Assembly (NCBI GenBank): GCA_964016885.1
Contig: OZ024743.1
Span: forward strand, 146,568,001-146,632,000
Direction of reading: 5' to 3'
Source: Eledone cirrhosa
Lineage: Eukaryota
DNA: 64,000 nt
The notes below the pieces were generated by a model. It was not told the DNA's origin. It ran no database searches and was given only the letters and a program-made list of their open reading frames with translations. Positions 25,410 through 38,599 of the stretch are shown one piece after another; position 1 is the first letter of the stretch; each line of letters begins with the position of its first letter. Both the position numbers and the translations under genes were made by a program.

Positions 25410-25757
25410 ATGGAGACCATTACGAACGACCCTTCGGCTTTCACCGAAGGGAAAACTTTCGCCCACTCTATAAAAAATAGCAAAAAAATGAACCTAAAAC
25501 TGATTAGGGTCCCTATACAAACTTATAGGTCCCTAAAAGAAACATTTGAGAAGGATGTGGGGAATTCCTGCGTGAAACCACTCAACCGCGTCCTTCTCAA
25601 ATGCCTCCCCACCCCAGACACCCCCATCCCACCAGACCCCACCCCACCAAACATCTGCGTCCCCACCCCGCCGGAAACCACCACCCATCCAGACAACCCC
25701 TCCAACACCCCCATGGAAATCGTGCGGCCTGGTCCCCAGGAGGCGAAGGGTGAGTGA
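25410..25757 (+). CDS. Short or internally deleted ORF1 (115 aa, Pro/Thr-rich C-terminus)
   Basis: First ATG inside the element (METITNDPSAF...), stopping 33 nt before ORF2. No intact zinc knuckle seen. Confidence 0.5.
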   Translation: METITNDPSAFTEGKTFAHSIKNSKKMNLKLIRVPIQTYRSLKETFEKDVGNSCVKPLNRVLLKCLPTPDTPIPPDPTPPNICVPTPPETTTHPDNPSNTPMEIVRPGPQEAKGE

Positions 25758-25790
25758 TCTCTTTTCCTCTTTTAACTTTTCAGCACCAAC

Positions 25791-28700
25791 ATGGCCAATA
25801 TAAGAGTTGGATGTGTGAACGTACGCGGCCTGGGGATGCCCTGGAAACAGGGCAAACTCTTAAACGACCTCAGGTCGCACAGTTTGGATGTGGTAGCCAT
25901 TTGCGAGTCCAGGATCCACGGCGAGCGACAGCTGGCCCCCATCTTCGATGACTTTGAGATCTACGCATCTCTCTGTCAACCGGGGGGTGGGGGCGGAGTT
26001 GCCGTTTTGCTGCGGAAACACCTGGGCCTCGTAACACAGACGGTACATCTGGACCCGGAGGGTCGACTGGTGGTCCTAGACGTTGACGGTAGTGAAGGTG
26101 GAGCGTTCAGGCTGGTGGCCGCATATGCCCCATCCGGGACACCGCGGCCAGACTTCTTCAAACGTCTAGAGACTTTTCTGGGAACGTCCCGCTCCTTGCT
26201 TTTAGTGGGGGACTGGAATGGAATCCTAGATGCACGTTGGGACTATGTGGGAGCATGTCTCGATAAAGGGGGGTGTAACAGCCTCAAACAGTTAATCGAC
26301 CGATTTGACCTGGCCGATAGATATCGACTAGATTTTCCGACTGCGCCACTGTGGACGTGGAGTAATCGTAGCGGAACATCTAGATCGTACCTAGATAGGG
26401 TTCTAGTTAGAAATAAGGATAGGGACATGTTAAGCTGTCCACAAATGTTCATGGTTGCCTATTCGGATCACAAACTAGTGACCTGCATGGCCAACCTTGA
26501 TAGAACCCATAGACAAGGACCCGGCTACTGGAAGCTGAACTTGTCGTTACCGACAAGCAAAGCCTACAGTAGACGGATTAGCACTTTAGTTAAACAGCAC
26601 TTGACAGGGGCCATTGTCAACAACAGATGGTGGTACTCTCTCAAGAGGGCAGTTAGATTAGACTCGATAGTTTTTAGTAAAGAATTAGCGTTAGATAGAA
26701 ATAGAACCGAGAAGGAACTGGTAGATAAAGTAGAAGAGGCTATTAGAAGTGGCAACGTAGCCAGCGTGCTAGCAACGAGAACGGCCTTGGACCAGTTCTT
26801 CGACGCAAAGCACGAGGGCTGCGTTGTCAGAAGCAAAATACGTGCTCTGGGAAACGAGGGAGCCAAAGCTGTTAGCTGGGCCCGAGTGACGGAGGCAAAA
26901 AGTGGCAACAAGTCCACGATTCGGTCTTTGAAGGACCAAAACGGACGCGTGATACGTGAGCCGAAGCAGATGTGTGCGGCTTTTCAGCGGCACTTTGCTC
27001 GGCTGTTCGGGGGGAGCGGCGCGCCGGGAGAGGCTATGGATTTCGGTCCATACCTCGACGGCCTACCGCGACTCTCGGACAGCGAGGCGAAGTTCTGCGA
27101 AAAGCCGATTTCAGCCACTGAGATAGGGGACGCGCTGAGCCAATGCGGCAAACGCAAATCTCCAGGTCTCGACGGTCTACCCTACGAATTTTACGTAGCA
27201 ATGCCGGACTTATTCTCCGGTCTCCTGGAAGCGGTCTACTGCAACTGGCAACAGAACGGGAGAATTCCCAGTTCTGTAACCGGGGGCGTGGTCACACTAA
27301 TCAGGAAGGACGAGAATAAGGGGGATGACATAGGCAACTTCCGGCCCATAACTCTGCTAAACACAGAGTTACAGATTTTGGCCAAGGTGTTGGCAAAGAG
27401 GCTGGCGCTTGTCGTCGAGAACCTGGTGGGAGAAGCGCAGACATGCGCGATCCCGACCAGGTCCATACACGACAACCTCCACCTCATGCGATATATCATA
27501 GAGAGGGTAGGGTGTAAACCCGGCTTCGGTGGGGCCCTGATCAACTTGGATCAGTCTAAGGCTTTCGATAGGGTTGACCATCGTTACCTGGATGCGGTGC
27601 TCGAGGCGGCAGGCTTCGGACCCGTGTTCAGAGGCTGGATTGCTGCAATGCACAACAGCAACATCTGCTCAAGGGTCAAGGTGAACGGTTACCTCTCGGA
27701 GCCGTTCCATATTACGCGATCCATTCGACAGGGATGCCCTCTCTCCTCCCTTCTGTACGTACTGACTCTCGAGCCACTACTGCGGAAGCTGGAGCTATTG
27801 CAGGGCATCCCTCTGGAACCGGGACTGCGGAAAGCGGCGTCGGCCTACGCCGACGACGTGACAGTAATGGTGTCGAGCGCCTCGCAAATCGAGAAAGTCG
27901 GCACCTTACTAAAGGAATACGAAAGTCTCACAGGAGCGAAGCTGAACCGGGACAAGTCCATCGGTTTGCAACTCGGATCGTGGAGAGGCAAACCGATGCC
28001 TTCCGATGGCGTCGTCGGACGCTGGACGGAAGGACCGGTAAAGCTGCTCGGGGTCTGGTTTGGTCCGGACCTCCAGGTGGAGAAGAACTGGAACGAAGTG
28101 ACGGCCAAGGTGTTTGCACTCACCCAGAAGTGGGCCGAGTGCAAACTATCCTTGAAAGGTCGAGCGGAGGTGGCGAACACTTTTATAGCGTCCGCCATCT
28201 ACTACCGCTTGACCGTCGTGCCTTGTCCAGCCAAAACGCTCGCCAAAATGGAGCGCGCCCTCTTCCGATTCCTTTGGAAGAGGCGGGCTCCTTTGGTAAG
28301 AAGATCCATCTGCTGCCAACACCCTTCTAACGGAGGGCTGGGGATGCCGTGGTTGACGATGCGCAAACACGCGCTCAGGCTGCGGCATCTCTACGTATTC
28401 CTCACCGGACAACCGGTGTGGGCCCCGTTCGTGAGGCGAGCCTTCCCACGACTCGTCTCACTGACCGAGCTGCAGTCCTGGGTCAAGCAGAGACCGAGGA
28501 AAATGGGCGACTGGCACATCGAATGTGCTCAGGCGCTCACAGCCCTCTGGCAGGCGGACCCGGCGATCAGTGGAGACTCCACTTCGTCATTCTATAGAGG
28601 GTTGGTCCGCAGCAAGTGCGACGACGCGCTCGGTGAAACTCTGGGCGTGGAGGAAGATGAACTGGCCAGTCTGTTCGGTAGGACCTTCCGCCCGGGACCG

Positions 28701-29228
28701 ATGGATAGCTTCCAAAAGTCCCTGGCCTGGCAGTGCTACCGAGGAGCTCTACCAGTTCGAGACAAGCTCTACAGACATGGGAGCCCGGGCAGGGACCCTG
28801 CAAAAAAGATCTGTCCGAGGTGCGTGCGAGACGAAGAAACCGTCGCGCACGCATTCATACACTGCCCGGGCGTCACTGACCTGTGGGGATATGTAGAACG
28901 ACTATTGTCGCGGGTGGGACCAATCCAGTTGACCACCGAGACCATTGTCATGATCAAACCGCCACCCTCCTTCAAAAACGAAGGAGAGGCGGTTTTCCTT
29001 TGTGTGATAGCTATGGCGAAAGAGGTTGTATGGTGGACAAGGTTGAAAGGGCTGAGGTCAGACACCTTTCTCTCCGGCCAACAACTGATTCTTTTTTTCA
29101 AATACCACTTTGGAAGAAGAATCAGGATGGAGAGAGAGGTGCTGTACCCCAGCAAGTTTTATGAAAGGTGGGTGAAAGTGGCGAGAATGGCCCGAGTGAA
29201 TGGGCCTTCTCTCTATATCAGCCTGTAG
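25791..29228 (+). CDS. ORF2 polyprotein: AP endonuclease + reverse transcriptase + CCHC zinc finger (Tx1/L1-like)
   Basis: 1145 aa uninterrupted. Motifs CVNVRG, ICES, VGDWN, SYLDRV, SDHK; PGLDGLPYEFY, NFRPITLLN, LDQSKAFDRVDH, RQGCPLS, YADD; CPRC..ETVAHAFIHC. Confidence 0.96.
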   Translation: MANIRVGCVNVRGLGMPWKQGKLLNDLRSHSLDVVAICESRIHGERQLAPIFDDFEIYASLCQPGGGGGVAVLLRKHLGLVTQTVHLDPEGRLVVLDVDGSEGGAFRLVAAYAPSGTPRPDFFKRLETFLGTSRSLLLVGDWNGILDARWDYVGACLDKGGCNSLKQLIDRFDLADRYRLDFPTAPLWTWSNRSGTSRSYLDRVLVRNKDRDMLSCPQMFMVAYSDHKLVTCMANLDRTHRQGPGYWKLNLSLPTSKAYSRRISTLVKQHLTGAIVNNRWWYSLKRAVRLDSIVFSKELALDRNRTEKELVDKVEEAIRSGNVASVLATRTALDQFFDAKHEGCVVRSKIRALGNEGAKAVSWARVTEAKSGNKSTIRSLKDQNGRVIREPKQMCAAFQRHFARLFGGSGAPGEAMDFGPYLDGLPRLSDSEAKFCEKPISATEIGDALSQCGKRKSPGLDGLPYEFYVAMPDLFSGLLEAVYCNWQQNGRIPSSVTGGVVTLIRKDENKGDDIGNFRPITLLNTELQILAKVLAKRLALVVENLVGEAQTCAIPTRSIHDNLHLMRYIIERVGCKPGFGGALINLDQSKAFDRVDHRYLDAVLEAAGFGPVFRGWIAAMHNSNICSRVKVNGYLSEPFHITRSIRQGCPLSSLLYVLTLEPLLRKLELLQGIPLEPGLRKAASAYADDVTVMVSSASQIEKVGTLLKEYESLTGAKLNRDKSIGLQLGSWRGKPMPSDGVVGRWTEGPVKLLGVWFGPDLQVEKNWNEVTAKVFALTQKWAECKLSLKGRAEVANTFIASAIYYRLTVVPCPAKTLAKMERALFRFLWKRRAPLVRRSICCQHPSNGGLGMPWLTMRKHALRLRHLYVFLTGQPVWAPFVRRAFPRLVSLTELQSWVKQRPRKMGDWHIECAQALTALWQADPAISGDSTSSFYRGLVRSKCDDALGETLGVEEDELASLFGRTFRPGPMDSFQKSLAWQCYRGALPVRDKLYRHGSPGRDPAKKICPRCVRDEETVAHAFIHCPGVTDLWGYVERLLSRVGPIQLTTETIVMIKPPPSFKNEGEAVFLCVIAMAKEVVWWTRLKGLRSDTFLSGQQLILFFKYHFGRRIRMEREVLYPSKFYERWVKVARMARVNGPSLYISL

Positions 29229-29466
29229 ATTGAGGAAAAGGAGGAGGAGAGGAAAGGAGTACAAGCTCTTCGTACTCCTGGAGATGAGGGTTGCACATTT
29301 TTTCGGGGGTATGTGTTACCCATATAAACTGTCTCCCTCTATTGGGGAAAATCGACTAACTTTTAAATTCCATCTGTGATAACATTTTACACGTTTTTAT
29401 TGTATGTAAACTTCCCCCTTTGTATTTGTCCCCTTCTTTTGTGCCCCTGTGGCTAATAAAGAAATA

Positions 29467-29545
<79 letters not shown>

Positions 29546-29548
29546 CTA

Positions 29549-30150
29549 TTAGTGCCAATGGGTGACCGATCTGAGGAATAATATCGAACAGCTGCTGTCA
29601 CATGTGGGACGCATCCAGGTGTCAGCCGAGTCCATCGTGAGGATCACCCCGCCGCCTTCATTTAAGAACGAAGGAGAGGCAGTTTTCCTCTGTCTGGTGG
29701 CTATGGCGAAAGAGGTAATATGGTGGACGAGGTTAAAAGGACTGAGGGCAAACACCTTTCTCTCCGGGCAACAACTTATCCCCTTCTTTAAGTATCACTT
29801 CAGAAGGAAGGTGAGAGTGGAGAGAGAGGTGCTTACACCCCAGTAAATTTGCTGAAAGGTGGGTAAATGTGGCAAAAATGGCCTGAGTGAATGGGCCTTC
29901 TCTGTATATAAACCTGTAGGTTGAGGAAGATAAACAGAGGGAAGACGGGAACACCTACAAAACGTGTTCCTGGTGTTGAGGGTTGTAAAACAACCCTGCA
30001 GTAACGTTCCCCCCTACTGGGGATTTCAATTGTTATTTTATTATATATAGTTTATTGTTATTTATTAATGTTAAAGTTATTTTTATGTAAAACCCCCCGC
30101 CGTCACGCCTTGTAATGTCCCATTTTTGTACACCTGTGGCAAATAAAGAA
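29549..30150 (+). mobile_element. 5'-truncated second Tx1-like copy (related subfamily) in the same (TATC)n tract
   Basis: Homologous to the ORF2 C-terminus (PPPSFKNEGEAVFLC..AMAKEV.WWTRLKGLR). Ends GTGGCAAATAAAGAAAGATATCTATC. Confidence 0.9.
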
Positions 30151-30196
30151 AGATATCTATCTATTTATCTGCCCGTTTGTCTGTCTGCCTGCCTGT

Positions 30197-30234
<38 letters not shown>

Positions 30235-30656
30235 CATCTATCTATCTATCTAAGATATCTATCTATCTGTGTTAAATATTTGGCTTAAAAACCTGTTAAC
30301 CTGTTTGATGTTGAGATATTCATATTTCCTGACAGTTTGTTCAGTTCATAAAGAGAGGTGATACATTTGATTAACTAAGTTAAGTGTGGTAATTTTCAGC
30401 TTCTTCAGAAGACATCATCAGAGTAAAAGAACTAGTTTATTGTAGCATTAGATTATTAATTATGGGAGGATAAATATTCTAGAGAATGAATTTTCTGCTT
30501 CTTGTCATTAGAGAATGTTTTTGCTTTGTGTTACTATACAATAAATAAACAAAATTCTGCCCACCCTTCCCATAACATACAAAAGAAAAGCAAATTAATA
30601 CAGGGAGTGAAAGTTATCACAGTATATTGTTGCAAGCTGCAGTAATTTGCTTTAGT

Positions 30657-30842
<186 letters not shown>

Positions 30843-32157
30843 TTGTGTAAATCCAGAAGAGATTCTAATTAAGGATGTTTCATATTTCCTTAATAGTTCT
30901 TTATATTTGAAACAATAATATTCCTAAACCTAGTCAATTAATATTTCAAGACCTTCTTAGCCCCATCATCAGAATGAAATGATGGTAATAAGGGTGTGTT
31001 GTTTGCTTACTTTACAGTAAGGTGTACAGTTCATAGGTAGACTGGTAAAATATTCAATATCAGGTTTTAAAAAAAAAACCATTCACTGATTAAATCTTGG
31101 TAGCTTTCATAGTTAATTTCATGAGTGCAGTATCTGTAAGTGAACTAATAGATTTAGGATTACTATTATTCCAAACTAAACATAAAAGGCTAATAAGGAT
31201 ATATGAAAAAAAATTAATAAAAAAGATTAAACTTGAACACAGTCATGTCTTTAATATAACAGAGTATTATATTGGGATTGATATAATTGATTAAAACGCT
31301 TAAATATGGTGATCCAGTATGGCCATAGAACAATAATTAAAAACAGAAAATGAATAACAGAATAAAAGAATAAAACCAAGTTGAATTGCATTCCAAGATT
31401 CAAACTTCTTTTATATTGATTGTTTTACATTAAATACTTTCATGATTGTTTCAAGGACTATCATATAGAGAAGTAGATTGGGAATAGAGAATCAGTGAAC
31501 TCCCAATCTATATTATAATTATATTAGAGATATTTGCTGATCCTATACCTACTTTTGCCTTAATCATATAGGTTTCAGTTACTGAAGTTTAATCTTCTAT
31601 TTTATTCATGTAATTATTTGTTTCACAAAAACAAATAAATAAATATAAAAAAAAATAAAAACTTTAAAATATTTGCAAAATTGAGTTTAAGTTAATGCAA
31701 ATATTGAACAAAATATAATCTTCAAAAATTATCATTTTAGTTTAACACAAGAAACCCTAAAACTACATTACAGTTTTCAAAAAACTGAATATTAATGTCA
31801 ATAAAGAAATATGTAATGTATATATGATGTATTGTTTATAATCAAATAATATATACACCCTGTATATATGTATATATATATATGTATATATTCCTTGAGC
31901 AAGACACTTTATTTCACATTGCTCCAGTTTACTCAGCTGTAGAAATGGGATGATAGGGACTGGGGTCCATATCATTCCACTGCAAAGTGGTCGTGGAGGT
32001 GCCAAGGCAAAAAAGCACCCAGCACTCACTGTAAATGAGGTTGGTGTTAGGAAGGGCATCCAGCTGTAGAAATCAAGCCAGAATCAGTTCCCGTCCCATC
32101 CTTGCAAGCAGGGAAAAGCGGACATAAAATGATGATGATGATATATATATGATGATG

Positions 32158-32191
<34 letters not shown>

Positions 32192-32205
32192 CATATATAT
32201 ATATA

Positions 32206-33312
32206 TCATCACCATTTTACATCCACTTTGCCCTGCTTGCAAGGGTGGGATGGGTCCTATTCAGCACAGCATCTCTCCACTTGTCACGGTCCTTCGTCAT
32301 ATCCTCGGTGAGTTTCAGTGATCTGAGGTCTGCTCTCACCACCTCCACCCATGTTTTTCGTGGTCTACCTCTACTGCGTCTTCCTTCTACTGGCATTTCT
32401 TGGCACTTCTTTAGCCAGCGGTCACCCTCCATGCACATCACATATCCATACCATCTCATTCAGTCTTCTCTCCTGCACACCACAACTTATCCCTTTTATA
32501 CCCAGTTCTTCTCTCAACTCATCTATGCTTGGTCGTTCACGTACATTGACATTGCACATCCAACAGAGCATTCTTGCTTTATTTCTCTCCAGCCATCGCA
32601 TATCCTCTGCAGTTGCCGCCCATGTCTCACTACCATGCAGCACCGCGCATCTCACACAGGTATCATATAACCGTCCTTTTGTATGCAGAAACCCTTCTTT
32701 GTCAACAGAGGAAGCAGCTTCCTAAACTTCTTCCAGCCCGTCCCTTATTCTAGATACTATGGCCTCGGAACACCCCCTCCCATGCTAATCTGATCACCTA
32801 GGTACCAGAAGCTATCAACCAATTCTATAGAACCCACCTGCATTGGAAAAATGTGTCATTCACTGCGATTACTACTGCCAACTTTCCCTGTACATCTACT
32901 GCATATGTAGATTTCCCTACCTGTTAGTTTGCCTGCTATCCCACTACATCTCTTGTGTACCCAAGATCTGCATTGCGTACATTTTATGAAATTTATGCCA
33001 GTTCCTTTCCTACATATCAAACATGGCCATTTCCCGGATGGAATCAGAGTATTGTCCTCTCTTCTACTAATCAACACTTTTGTTTTAGTTATGTTCACTC
33101 TCAGGCCTCTTGATTCCATCTGCTGTTTCCATAGCCAGAATTTATTCTCTAGCTCCTCTACTGATTCTGCTATAAGAACCAGATCGTCAGCATAGAGAAG
33201 TTCCCATGGACAGACAGTCTTAAACTCCTCTGTTATGGCTTGGAGGACTATAATGAACAAGAGCGGGCTGAGGACCGAACCATGATGTACTCCTACTTGT
33301 ATCTGGATATGT
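32206..33312 (-). mobile_element. 5'-truncated decayed RTE LINE (second subfamily, short 3' UTR)
   Basis: GVHHGSVLSPLLFIIVLQ, LLYADDLVL, LHGSETW, RSRGRPRKTW. Confidence 0.9.
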
Positions 33313-34415
33313 ACCCCTACTTGTATATATATATATATATATACAAGTCAGGTCACCAGTTGGTGCTACTGGTAACATGTATCCCAGTACAACCTGTCTC
33401 ATGGTCGGGTCGTTGGCGACTAAACTGGCAACCCCACCAAGGTTTCTTGGTGAGGAGGGTGACTTTGGACATGCTGCAGGACTAAAAACAAAACCTGTCA
33501 AAGGGCAAAGGAGCTCTTAAGAGTCAATGGCCATCCAAAATCACCGGGAGAGATGACCCCTTAGCCTTTGTCAAGGCAGAATTCTAGGAGAAGGAAAACT
33601 CTGATATAACACCTGCAACCCTGATGGTATCCAATGATGTTGACTTGTTCTTCTTTTTGGTAAATATCATCTTGGTTAAGAGAGTGGGACTGGCTTTGTG
33701 CAGTGCCTTTGCTCACTATAAAAGCTTCACAGCACAGGCGTTGCTTTATATCTGGAGATCTCTCTGCACTTGTCGTTACATGGTACCATGGGCCCAGCAC
33801 TATGTTTCAATAATTGTCACAAGTGTAGTGTTTGTACCAGAGTTTTCAAGTCGCTGGCTGGACTAAAAAGCCACACTCGTTCAGTGCATCGGTAGGGGTT
33901 CTCCTACATGGATATAAAGTAGTGGCCATACTCGAAAACGAGTTGGCAGCCACCATATATACAAGTATGGGTACATATCCAGATACAAGTAGGAGTACAT
34001 CAAGGTTCGGTCCTTGTTTTTCGCTAATTTCCAAAGCCGAAATACGTTTCTCACTAATTTATATTTGTATATATATATATATATATTGGCAACATGACCC
34101 TCCCAAAGTATAACAATATATATATATATATATACTATAAAGTATGTCCATAGAATCATTTGATAATATATACACCATTTCCTCTCCCAATTAGCATAAT
34201 TAACCACACAAAAAATCAATTAGACCAGGCTATAAGATTAAAAGGCACCTATGAAAAAATAGTAAATAAATAAATGATAGCAGCCTCTTCGCGGCCAACC
34301 ACCATAGAGTTTCTACCCAACATTTCAACATCACGTGGAAATTGATTAAATATACGGTCAACCATACACAATTAGGTATAAAATTAAAGTTAGAAATGCT
34401 TATATACATACTAGG

Positions 34416-34537
<122 letters not shown>

Positions 34538-34574
34538 TATATATAAATATATATATAAATATATATATAAATAT

Positions 34575-34605
<31 letters not shown>

Positions 34606-34737
34606 AATGGAAAAGAATGAAACGAAATTTCATTTCTCACTCTTAGTACGGCTGATACTTAAATGTAAGTATGTACATGTACATACATATATGTACATAT
34701 TTGAGGTTTTTAACCTCAAACCCTCCATCTCAATTCT

Positions 34738-34775
34738 ACTTTTGAAAAGTATAAGAACTGCGAAACCGGTAAAGG
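34738..34775 (+). ncRNA. Decayed copy of the U3-A8 variant minimal hammerhead
   Basis: aCTT TTGAAAA GtAt AAGAA CTGC GAAACCGGTA AAGG. The surrounding 34715-34860 matches 43318-43472 in reverse. Confidence 0.55.
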
Positions 34776-37392
34776 AACCAAATAAATATTCTTAAAAAGA
34801 CACCAGTTGCATTTTCGATTTCATCTTTTTTCCTTATACTTTCACTCGTGTAGGACATCTCATTTTTTTTCACTACTACAAAAACTATAGCTCTCACTAC
34901 ATGAACTCATTGAAATCACCTCTTCAAGACTGCATAACAAATAATAATACATCATTTAGATTACAGATATTTATAAGCTTTAATTACAAATATGATTACA
35001 TGAAATCATGATAGTAAAATAACATTCAAATTTGTTCATAGTGATATATGTAGTGGGAGCAAAACCCAACAAGTTCATATAGAGAAAATAACAACTTGAT
35101 TTTGGATCAGAATCAAAAGTAAAATGCATGTGTGTGTATGTGTGTGTGTATGTAAGCAGTATTTAGAATCTGAGATGATGGCTAACCTCAACATTGTTAA
35201 ATGTCTCGTGTCATCTGGTGTTCTTGGTTTCCTCTTTATAGAGGAGACATTATGCATGACCCATTATGTCACTTTCACTGAATAGAAAAACACCCGTTGT
35301 TTACATCACCATGGTCTGTTGGCTAATGTCAGATGTTTTCCTCTATGTCATGTGAAAGCAAATCAAGAGTCCATGGTTTTGAATCCAGACTGAAACCAGA
35401 TACACACATACACACATACACCCCCACCCACACACATACACATATACACGCACACACACATATGCATGCACACACACACACATGCACACACACACATATA
35501 TTCTCATATGTAAGAGGAGTCATTGTCTGAATAAAACACATACTAGTTGTAGTTAATTTGTTAATTATTCTTTTGTTCTTTTACAAATTTCAGTCATTGA
35601 ATTAAGGCCATGCTGGTGCACAATTAAGTAACTATTAATATCTAATCAATATATTTCATGTTAATGGGGCCTCGGGGAGAATCTGGTAGTCAACATGAAA
35701 ATAAGTTGGGGGACATTTAGGGAGGTAGTACCTGACAATGCGGTGAGGGACATTCTCTCAGAGATTGGGGTATGCTGTGTGCAAGCAGCAATGCTGCATG
35801 GCAGTGAAACATAGGGCTTAACTGCAGAGAATCTAGGAGGGCAGGATCGAGGTGGGATGTGTATGCATTTCAGTCAAGTCAACGGCTAACTACCTCCCTG
35901 GTGCTGGTTCAACAATAGGGCACACCTAGTACACATTGGGGAGTGGCTAGCTTTAGGTAGAGGTTTCCTGCAGAAGAAACCATGCCAAAAAAAATGGCTT
36001 GAGAGGACCCTCCAGTATGACACACCAACTTCTCTAATGTTGGTGTCACATAAAATGAATTCAGTATACTCTGTAAAGTGGTTGGTCATAGGAAGGACAC
36101 CCAGCTGTAGAAATCATGTTAAAAAAGGGTTGAATGGACTCTTCAGTTGTGTTAAAGACTTGACGATCTCCCTAGAGTTGGTGCCAGCCATGATAAAATG
36201 CGTGGTTCACACTGTAAAGTGTGGAAATGTGTAAGAGATGCAGCCCCTCAGTTTTTCCAATTAAATACTGACATGCAAGGAAAATGGATGTTAAATGATG
36301 ATGATGATGATGTGTGTATTTATATATATATATATATATTACTACAGGTAGCTATCTCTAGAAGAAAGAGCTCAATACATGTATAGGGTATATATTTTTT
36401 ATTGAGAGAATTAAAGGTATAACTCCTTACATTCACTACAATTCCTTACATTCACTGATCAGCTTCATCTCAATGAAGAATCACCAGGTTTCAATTCCCT
36501 CAATAAAAAGTGTTTACTTCGGTCATGTATTGAGTTCTCTTCTTCTAGAGATAGCTATCTATTTTATTATTGTAGCCAAATATTAGAACTATAGCATATT
36601 AGTGGAGCAGCCAATGTATTGATACCTGTTGTCTCATTTTTAAAATTTTAGCTTTGGCTATAACATTCCTTGCCATCCATTTTACAATTGCTATGTTCTG
36701 TATATTTTCTTGTTTACTAAATCCCAAGAATTTGTAAGTCTGTATTTGGTCTAATCCTCTTATCTTAGTTTCTTTATCTAACATAATATTAGCATTTTTT
36801 ATTAATTAATTTTCCTGCCTTCATAGTGGTGTTGGTACATTCTTCTGAACAAAATTGTATGTCAATTCCTTTACTGAATTAGTGAACAGTATATAACAGT
36901 GTTTCTAGTTACTATTACAATTATTATTGATATTTGTTTATTGTTATACAGTTAGAAATGTATCTTAATGCTTTTGATACCAAATTGCCTGAAACTGTCC
37001 CTCGTTTTATGATGCAAAACTATTTATTTTGGAGTGTTTATATTCATATAAAAACCCTCTGTCATAATTTTATTTATTTAAGAACCTTTATTAAGCTATG
37101 TTCCAAATATCAGATAAATAATATAGCAGATAAATAATAAAAACATGCAGCACTCACATGCGCCTGTACACACACACACGCCCATATACATTTATATACA
37201 CTGCTATACTATATACACTGCCATAGAAAAAGTCAACCTAAAGCTAGGAAATAGACATATTAATAGATATCCATACACAAAATTACACAGAGACATTTGT
37301 GTATAGCTCTTTCTCTATATATATATCATCATCATCATCATCATCATCATCATTTAACATCCATCTTCCCTGCTAGCAAGGTTATATATGTA

Positions 37393-37463
<71 letters not shown>

Positions 37464-38272
37464 GCACACACATATATTATATACATATATATATATATAT
37501 ATATACACACGCACACACGCACACACACACACACACATATATATATATACACACACACATATATACATACATTCATACATTCATTTATATATGCATACAC
37601 ATCATATAAATATACATATATACATACACATCATACAAATATACATACATACATATACATCATACATACATATATACATACATAAATACATACATACATA
37701 TAGAAACACAAAACATAGATAAAAGTCCGTTTCAACTAGTTTACAAATGCAATCACGCAATAGACATTGCAAGATCTGAAGGAAAGAATTAGTATGAAAA
37801 AATTAAAACTGTGGAAAGACAAGAAAAAAAACAACAAAAATAAAACCAAAATCTATATGCCAAAAAAAAGTACGAAAATACAGCAAGAAAGATGCAAACA
37901 TTGCCAATAGCAATTTGGGTCAACACCTATGTCACTTTTTCTTATTAGGCTGAAATTTTTATAAGTAGTTTGGGTTTGTTTCTCTGCTAATTCCTCTCTC
38001 CTCACACCGCTTCTTTTATAGCTACTTGTAGTTTTCAGTTTTCTTACCATATTGAGTATGTGAGACTCTACTCCAGTGTTTGATGATGGATTTTTCACAG
38101 TTGGACAGGATGTACTACAACTGGGATAGAATCCCTCTCAGCTATTCTCTCTCTGGTTCACACACTATACTTGACCACTACATTTATTGAAGTATCTTCA
38201 TATTGCATTGCTTATCTATGAAAACATTGAAGAGAAACACAAAAGAGGAACATTACAAAAACAAGACATATA

Positions 38273-38357
<85 letters not shown>

Positions 38358-38369
38358 CATGTATATATG

Positions 38370-38437
<68 letters not shown>

Positions 38438-38443
38438 CATGTA

Positions 38444-38599
<156 letters not shown>

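Larger units (their letters stand above)
25345..29464 (+). mobile_element. Young L1/Tx1-clade non-LTR retrotransposon inserted in (TATC)n
   Basis: GC- and CpG-rich block flanked on both sides by (TATC)n. Short 5' UTR, short ORF1, intact ORF2, and a 3' UTR ending AATAAAGAAA. Confidence 0.92.
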
